Origin: a virus
Taxonomy: Duplodnaviria > Caudoviricetes
Length of the DNA stretch: 64,000 nt
Virus record (IMG/VR): IMGVR_UViG_3300028591_000005
Location: 81,978 to 145,977 of that record
Reading direction: 5' to 3' (one strand)
Each line of letters begins with the position of its first letter. Positions within the stretch are counted from its first letter, which is position 1. The notes beneath the pieces were generated by a model, which saw only the letters and a list, made by a program, of their open reading frames with translations, did not search any database and was not told the origin of the DNA. Both the position numbers and the translations under genes were made by a program. Below, in pieces: positions 57,721 through 64,000 of this stretch.

Positions 57721-58260
57721 CTGCTTTGCTTTTGTTGCAAATAAAATAGGGCAAACTATTTTTTTGTAGGGTGAGTGATTGCCCGCCACCTTTTTCTGCC
57801 GGATCCTCCGCATGTAAACTATACCAATTTTTATCCTCCTTTCTTATTTTCTAATTATATTATAATATAATTTTTTATAAAAGTCAAATGAGCCGGAAAA
57901 AGGCTCTCTCTGAAACTGCTTTTGTTTATCAATAGAAAGGTTGTAGTTAACTCTAGTAAAGAAATTTGTAGTGCGGCAAGTATTTTTTCGAGAGTTATTT
58001 TGAGCGAAGCAAATTTATCTTCTCTATTGTTGCGGGAAGCCGGTATATGCCACTTTAGACTGGCCATATGCGGTAGCAGTCGTAGACGCCTGCTGCCTTT
58101 TCGGGATTTATGGAGGAAATATATGGGGTCACTTTTGGTATCAAAAAATTCGCATATGGCGTGCAGGGGGTAGGTACGCCGCTGCCCGAAGGTCAGCGGC
58201 GCGACATTCTACCACATTGGAAGTATCTTGTCAAGGGTTTCCGCACAAAAAAGAGGACTT

Positions 58261-58479
58261 TTAGTCCTCTTTTGAAAATGCCTGTTCAATTATGTCTGCA
58301 TCTATGTAGGGCGCATTGCCCTCAAGTTGCTGTAAATAAATATCAGTTACATTAAATTCATCTTTCGCAAGTTGCTTGATAATAGTATTTACTGCCGCAC
58401 CATAACAACGCTCAATGACAATTCCCTCATAAAGTGCAGGGTCTGCAAAAATTTTAATACGATATTTGTAAAAATTCAT
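58261..58479 (-). CDS. hypothetical early protein
   Basis: GAGAGGT RBS. Confidence 0.65.
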   Translation of the reverse strand: MNFYKYRIKIFADPALYEGIVIERCYGAAVNTIIKQLAKDEFNVTDIYLQQLEGNAPYIDADIIEQAFSKED

Positions 58480-58503
58480 TTTATTTACCTCTCTTTCATA
58501 ACA

Positions 58504-58662
58504 TTAATTAAGGGGAAAGACCTTGTTATCAAGTAAAAACCATCCGCTGTCGATTTCCGCATCCATCCTTGCTTCCGCTTCTTCAAGGGCGTCAACCTCG
58601 GTAGAGTCATCATCAAGTTCGATAGTATATTTTTTATAAAATGTTACTTCATAAGTTTTCAT
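58504..58662 (-). CDS. 52 aa acidic protein (below ORF-track cutoff)
   Basis: MKTYEVTFYKKYTIELDDDSTEVDALEEAEARMDAEIDSGWFLLDNKVFPLN; RBS and promoter. Confidence 0.65.
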   Translation of the reverse strand: MKTYEVTFYKKYTIELDDDSTEVDALEEAEARMDAEIDSGWFLLDNKVFPLN

Positions 58663-58865
58663 TGTTTGTTTACCTCTCTTTCATGATTTAATTATATCAA
58701 ATTCCAGGAAAATCACAATAGGCAAAATAGATAAAATTCCGGATTAATTTTTGTTGAAATTAACTATTGACAAAAAATACGATGCGCGCCGCTCATGCGC
58801 GCATCGCCCACAAAGTCAAGACATTTCCGCAAAATAATAAGCGGTATTTCTACCGCTTATTACTC

Positions 58866-59081
58866 TTATTCATAATCACTTATATTAAGGCTACCTGTAT
58901 TGGCAATATCCTGTATAAAACCTGAAAGTAATTCTTCTTTATGATTTTGATAGTAAGGACTAACTGCCTTGTCTATAATTGCATCCATTGCAAGTTTGTA
59001 AATCTGCTCACAAAATGCTTTTTCTGCATTTTCGATATCAATAACATCATAGATAACTTTCTTTTCCTTTGTAACTACCAT
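58866..59081 (-). CDS. hypothetical early protein
   Basis: GAGGT RBS, promoter upstream. Confidence 0.6.
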   Translation of the reverse strand: MVVTKEKKVIYDVIDIENAEKAFCEQIYKLAMDAIIDKAVSPYYQNHKEELLSGFIQDIANTGSLNISDYE

Positions 59082-59185
59082 TATAATTACCTCACTTTCT
59101 ATAATTATTTTATCAAAAAATTGTCTTTTTGTCAAGTATTTTTTATTTTTTGGGCGATTTCTTGCGGAAACCGCCCTAAATCCGC

Positions 59186-59536
59186 TTACTTTTTAGGTTT
59201 TCTGCACTCAGAAATATTAATTTTGAAGGTTTTATCCCCGATTTTAACCTCAATTAACTTATTTTCGGTTAAAATGTGAATTCCCGCGGGTTCAACGCCC
59301 TCACAGCGGTCAAGATTGATAAGAATACTCTCAAAAAGTGCCTTTTTTTCATCAGAAACCTTGACTGTATGAGGTTTACTTTTACCCTTGACTTTTTCAG
59401 TGGCGGTATAGCCTATGACGTCTTTTGCCCCGATTTCCGCCTTTGCCATCTCGGTTGCCTCTTCCATAGATACGGGTTCGCCGTCTGCAAGACACTCGTT
59501 ATAAATTTCAGTAGCAAGTTTGGTTAAGTCTTTCAT
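59186..59536 (-). CDS. hypothetical early protein
   Basis: GAGAGGT RBS, promoter upstream. Confidence 0.7.
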   Translation of the reverse strand: MKDLTKLATEIYNECLADGEPVSMEEATEMAKAEIGAKDVIGYTATEKVKGKSKPHTVKVSDEKKALFESILINLDRCEGVEPAGIHILTENKLIEVKIGDKTFKINISECRKPKK

Positions 59537-59761
59537 TGTGATTACCTCTCTTTCTGTAATTATAATATCAAAATTCCAGGAGAATGTCAACAAAAATTTT
59601 GCACAAATTTCCGGAGAAAATTTTGTTGAAATTGCCTATTGACAAAAAATTCGGCCCACGCGCAGCGTGACCGGGCCGCAAAACAGGCGTTATGTAACAC
59701 CTGTTATTTTTTGAGCCAAAAAAATAACACCCCCTACGGATAGGGGGTGTTATGATTAGGC

Positions 59762-60121
59762 TCACGCCTTGACGGAGAAGAGGGCGACCTTCTTATCCAT
59801 AACACGTGCTACCTTCTCAGCCTTGACAAGCTTGGTAAGGTAAGCGGACACCTTCTGAGGAGCCATGTCCTTGACAGCGTTCTCGGCGGTCTTGACAAGT
59901 TCGGTAACAGTGATAGCCTTGTTAGCCTTAACAAGAGCCTCGAAAACAGCGTTCTCGTTAGCCTCAACCTCGGCTACACGCTTTGCGGAAACCTTTCCGC
60001 CCTTCTTATCAAGGAGTGCGATACGGGAGTTGCAGAACTCGACAAGGTCGGGTCTGTCATTCTCGGTTGCAAGAGCGATAATCTGATTGAAATAGTCCTT
60101 CTGAGTCATCTTAGTTGCCAT
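59762..60121 (-). CDS. winged-helix DNA-binding-like protein (paralogue family)
   Basis: KMTQKDYFNQII..RIALLDKK..TVTELV..QKVSAYLTKLV; strongly biased codons. Confidence 0.72.
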   Translation of the reverse strand: MATKMTQKDYFNQIIALATENDRPDLVEFCNSRIALLDKKGGKVSAKRVAEVEANENAVFEALVKANKAITVTELVKTAENAVKDMAPQKVSAYLTKLVKAEKVARVMDKKVALFSVKA

Positions 60122-60654
60122 AAAATACACCTCTTTCTTTAATTGAATTTAATTGGTTTCTTATCTTATGTATTTATTATATCATAAGATTTTTTAATTG
60201 TCAAGGGGGAATTTTTAAAATTTATTTTTTTATTTCCCTTACCTTGTAAATACATTATAATATATTTTTTAAGGAAAGTCAAGTACTTTTTTTATTTTTT
60301 ATTACTTGAACCGCTGTTCCTACGGCAAGTCAAGGGTCTACATGGACGCTCGAACTTTTTTCTTTCCTTATCTTGTAAATACATTATAATATAAATTTTT
60401 TTAAAAATCAAGTACAAAAGTAGAGGTTAAATTTGTGCAACATTACCAAATTCCGGCTGTCAATAGGCAAATTGTACAAATTTTGGGAAAATCCTGGGTA
60501 AAAATTTATGCAAATTTGCTATTGACAAAATGTGCGGCAGGTGGTATAATGGAAAATTTGGCGCGTCGGCGGACGCCGACGCGCCACTCAAATGTCAAGT
60601 GTTATTTTATTAAATTTTTGTAAAAATAACAGGGGTTTTGCAACCCCTGTTATC

Positions 60655-61161
60655 TTATTCCTCGGTTATGCCGTTCTCTTTGTAGAAAGTGCCTAATGCG
60701 GTGTTGAGAATTTTAGCCATTTTTGCTACTTTTCTCGGATGCTGTTTTATATAGTTGACAGCCCAAGCGGTAGCGATTATTTCATCGGGCAAGTTGAAAT
60801 ACTGCCACTCAAGAACCTTTGAATAGTCATCATCAGCGGTTTCCATTTCTCGGTCAATGCGTTCCTTTTCCGCAATACAGAAATCCTGAACGGTATCGCC
60901 TAAATCATCATCAGTCATGTGATGCCCGACCTCATGTAAAAGGGCGATAACCATAGGGCATATATCCTCAAGACCAAAACGCTCGTTAATAAATTCACAG
61001 AACCATTCATCCTCGATAGTATAGGTGATTTTATAGGACACTTTTTCCTCTTGCCAATAGTAGGCATAATCAGTGCTTAAAAAGGCATTAGTGATGCCAA
61101 AAGGTGCTAACTGTGTAGCAACCGCATTATTCAGTTTGTTTTTTCCCTTAAGTCTTGCCAT
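60655..61161 (-). CDS. HExxH metalloprotease-like protein
   Basis: LLHEVGH and downstream YFNLPDEIIA. Confidence 0.7.
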   Translation of the reverse strand: MARLKGKNKLNNAVATQLAPFGITNAFLSTDYAYYWQEEKVSYKITYTIEDEWFCEFINERFGLEDICPMVIALLHEVGHHMTDDDLGDTVQDFCIAEKERIDREMETADDDYSKVLEWQYFNLPDEIIATAWAVNYIKQHPRKVAKMAKILNTALGTFYKENGITEE

Positions 61162-61378
61162 TGTTCTTACCTCTCTTTCTGTAATAATAATATCAAAAAA
61201 TTTTTAAAAAATCAAGTAGGCAAATTATACAAAATTCCGGGAAAAACTTTGTGCAATTTTTGATCAAAAAATGCTTGACAAAATTGCCTGGAATGTGGTA
61301 TAATGGATTTTTCGGCACGTGGCGCTCCGCAACGTGCCGCCAGGTTTGTCAAGGGAAAATGCAAAAAAAGTGCTCGCC

Positions 61379-62098
61379 TTAGGCGAACACTTTTTTAAGT
61401 TCCATTTCCTTGCGTTTCCGCTGTGGGAGTTGCCAGCACATTTTATTTATCTCGGTGGTCATCTTCTTGTGTGTGCGGTAGCACTTGGCAAGTATCTCGA
61501 CCTCGATTTCTACATCCTCAAGCCCTGTGTGACACTCTTTAAAGTCGATATTTTTGGTGAGAAAGCGGTAGCAGGTTTCCGCACTTGTGTATATGTTGTT
61601 TGCAGGACTTACAAGACCATTCTTTTCGGCGAAGTCAACATATGTTTTGGTGTTCATGATAGTTTGACAAGCCATATTCCATATACAGAAGAATTGTGTT
61701 CCAAAGGGGAAAAACCAACGGATGAAGCTCTTTGTAACATATCTTGTCAAAAGGTTAAGTGCGTTCTTGTCGAAGCCCATATTATAAGCACCAACTTTCT
61801 TGACGTTATATTCTTTCATATCCTCATGTATCTGCTTGCGGATATTGTAGAAACTCTTTATGGTGCGTGTGCCGTTCTTTATATCATCCCAATAGTGAGG
61901 GATTTTCTCGGCATAGTATGCGGACTGCATAACGTCTTTCATATCAAGAAAAGTTTCAGCAACAATGAACGAACGCTTGAGGTAGATGGTTCCTCTTCTG
62001 TCGCATATAGCATAGCCTATATCATAGGGTAAAGGCTGTTCTACGCTGTTGCAAGTTTCGGTGTCGATTACTAAAAATTTTTCGGGCTTTCTGCTCAT
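61379..62098 (-). CDS. DEDDh 3'-5' exonuclease
   Basis: VIDTET (ExoI), AYNMGFD (ExoII), HTGLEDV (ExoIII). Confidence 0.88.
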   Translation of the reverse strand: MSRKPEKFLVIDTETCNSVEQPLPYDIGYAICDRRGTIYLKRSFIVAETFLDMKDVMQSAYYAEKIPHYWDDIKNGTRTIKSFYNIRKQIHEDMKEYNVKKVGAYNMGFDKNALNLLTRYVTKSFIRWFFPFGTQFFCIWNMACQTIMNTKTYVDFAEKNGLVSPANNIYTSAETCYRFLTKNIDFKECHTGLEDVEIEVEILAKCYRTHKKMTTEINKMCWQLPQRKRKEMELKKVFA

Positions 62099-62418
62099 TA
62101 GGTGCTACCTCTCTTTCATTTGATAAGTCTATTATAGCATCCGCACGTTACGCTGTCAAGCATTTTTTAAAATTTTTTTCGTGCCTTGCGGTGACTCATC
62201 TCTCTTGTTGATAAATCTATTATACCAAAATACGGGAAAAATGCAAGTAGTAAAATTGCACAAATTTCCGGATCAAAATTTGGTAGATTTGCCTATTGAC
62301 AGAAATCCTGGCCGCGGCGATTTGTCCGCGGCCAGATCACAGGTGTTATGTAACAGGTGTTATTTAAAAAGCAAAAAAAAACAGGTGGCATTTCTGCCAC
62401 CTGTTTACCGCGAACCGA

Positions 62419-62775
62419 TTACTCGGTTATAACCGCCTGAAATCTTGCGGTTTTCTTGTCAACCGTTCTGTTGACAGTTCCCGCATCTACCATCTGCTTG
62501 AGGAGTGCGGTTACTTTCTGAGCGGATACCTCGACATCAAGAGCCTTAACAACCTCGGTAACAGTAAGAGCCTTGTCAGCGACTACCTCGGCAATCTTAA
62601 CCTTAAGGTCTGCGTTCTCTTCCTGCTTCTTGGTAGGCTTCTTGTTATCGGACTTCTTGTCAAGCAGGGCAATTCTACCCTTGGCAAAGTCTGCGATATC
62701 CTCTCTGCCGTTGTCAAGTGCAAGGTCGATAATCTCGTTGAAATAATCTCTCTGTGTCATCTTCTTGTCTGCCAT
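62419..62775 (-). CDS. winged-helix DNA-binding-like protein (paralogue family)
   Basis: KKMTQRDYFNEII..RIALLDKK..TVTEVV..QKVTALLKQMV. Confidence 0.72.
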   Translation of the reverse strand: MADKKMTQRDYFNEIIDLALDNGREDIADFAKGRIALLDKKSDNKKPTKKQEENADLKVKIAEVVADKALTVTEVVKALDVEVSAQKVTALLKQMVDAGTVNRTVDKKTARFQAVITE

Positions 62776-63292
62776 AAAAAACACCTCTTTCTTTAAAATT
62801 GATTTATTGGTTTCTTAACCTTACATACACATTGTATCATAGGTTTATAAGGTTGTCAAGTAGTTTTTGAAAAAATTTGCAACTTTTTTCCGATTTTCCT
62901 CAAAAGTCTTTGGTGCCTGTTTCCCGCGGTGTTCCTGTTTCCCGTTGGCTTTGTTATTGGATCGAATAACCACTTGATTACCTTACAAACCTATTATACT
63001 ATCAAAGAACAACTTTGTCAAGGGATTTTTTAAAATCTTTTTTTGAATTTTTTTATTTCCCTTACCTTGTAAATACATTATACATAAATTTTTTTAAAAA
63101 ATCAAGTAGGCAATCTACACAGAATTCCGGGAATTTTTTTGTCTAAAATGCCTGGATCTTTTCGCTTGACAAACTACCTGGCGATGTGGTATACTGAAAT
63201 TTCGGTCCGCGGCAGTTCATCGCGGACCGCCAAATTTGTCAAGTATTAAAATAAAAAAGAGAGGGGTGCGTTTCCGCACCCCTCATCTTTAT

Positions 63293-63739
63293 TTAGTAGG
63301 TTTCTTCTTTTATTAATCTACTGAAATTATTTACAACACGTGTCCAAGTTTTAACATCTGAAGCAATTTCCAGAAAATCCTCTTCATTCGCGCAATCGGG
63401 GACACCAACAGCAAGCCAAGTATCTGTAACATCATCATCGCCAATAACTTCAAGAATGTAGTCATTCATAGCCTTAAGAAGTTTTTCTCTTGCATTAATC
63501 ACTTCTATTGGAATGTCAGGCTTTTCATAGTCATAGAGTTTAATAACCTCTTCTACAATACATTCTTTATCATCCTCACGGAGGAAGCGAAGTTTATAAT
63601 CCTCTTCAAGAGCTTCCATAACATACGCTCTAACATCAGTTTCATCACAACTTGAAATATCACAATCATTTTTAAATTTTTCAAAAAGTTCCTTAGTATC
63701 AACAACTACTGAATAAAACACATCAAATTTCTGTTTCAT
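63293..63739 (-). CDS. hypothetical early protein
   Basis: 148 aa, GAGAGGT RBS. Confidence 0.7.
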   Translation of the reverse strand: MKQKFDVFYSVVVDTKELFEKFKNDCDISSCDETDVRAYVMEALEEDYKLRFLREDDKECIVEEVIKLYDYEKPDIPIEVINAREKLLKAMNDYILEVIGDDDVTDTWLAVGVPDCANEEDFLEIASDVKTWTRVVNNFSRLIKEETY

Positions 63740-64000
63740 GCTTGTTACCTCTCTTTTGTGGTTTGTTTTTGTTTCTGTAATTATAATACTATAATTCCAG
63801 GATTATTGCAATAGTTAATTTTGCACAAAATTCCGGCTAAATATTTGTATAATCTGCCTATTGACAAAATCGCGTCGCGTGGCGATTGCCCACGCGACGC
63901 CAAAAGTCAAGTCTTGACAAAATAAAAAGGCGTTGCCCCACCACGAGCAACGCCAGGAAAGAGAGGAACGATTTTAAGTTGTAAAGTGTACCCGACGGGG

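Larger units (their letters stand above)
58716..63900. repeat. dispersed palindrome + GC-hairpin element, about 7 copies
   Basis: CAATAGGCAAA..CACAAA.TTCCGG..TTTGT..TGCCTATTGACA then a GC-rich hairpin; at about 58716, 59587, 60459, 61212, 62243, 63102, 63808. Confidence 0.8.

Noticed and set aside
61319-62032. 237 aa plus-strand ORF and other plus-strand shadow ORFs
   Set aside because: Antisense to well-supported genes (here the DEDDh exonuclease) with no RBS or motifs.
58716-63900. CRISPR or IS/MITE interpretation of the dispersed palindromes
   Set aside because: Copies are degenerate and separated by whole genes, with no transposase or target-site duplications seen.
1-64000. Stop-codon reassignment
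   Set aside because: Long conserved genes are intact in the standard code, TAG and TGA are used as stops, and no suppressor tRNA was seen.
63985-64000. Possible 3' end of another minus-strand tRNA
   Set aside because: Truncated by the window edge; too little sequence to support a call.

Overview
64 kb of a large, AT-rich lytic-type dsDNA bacteriophage. The host is probably a Firmicute (Clostridia/Lachnospiraceae-like), inferred from sigma-A promoters, AGGAG ribosome-binding sites, Gram-positive lysis genes and an HPr-like gene. Almost all genes are on the minus strand and use the standard genetic code. From left to right: DNA metabolism genes (NAD-dependent ligase, gyrA, gyrB, RNase HI) with free-standing homing endonucleases; holin and endolysin; a large type IV prepilin-like protein; PIN-PhoH; an RNA end-healing/sealing set (metallophosphoesterase, P-loop polynucleotide kinase, RNA ligase); many small ORFs; a tRNA cluster; tail-fibre-like genes; a second ~7 kb tRNA/ncRNA region around a DUF2828-like vWA gene; accessory genes; a short plus-strand island with iteron-like repeats; and an early-gene region punctuated by a repeated palindrome/hairpin element. 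About 23 tRNA genes were read by hand. Two RNA-level signals stand out. (1) tRNA-Asp and tRNA-Asn are split in the anticodon by inserts that themselves fold as tRNA cloverleaves and show no group I/II hallmarks. The Asp insert carries an HNH endonuclease ORF in its own anticodon loop, and tRNA-Leu(TAA) carries a simpler hairpin insert. (2) Three covarying ACAGCAA RNA modules sit directly upstream of the TROVE/Ro60-like vWA gene. One presents a perfect tRNA-Lys anticodon stem-loop and one is grafted, circularly permuted, into tRNA-Pro(GGG). All folds were derived by eye and all family assignments by motif recognition; no searches were run.
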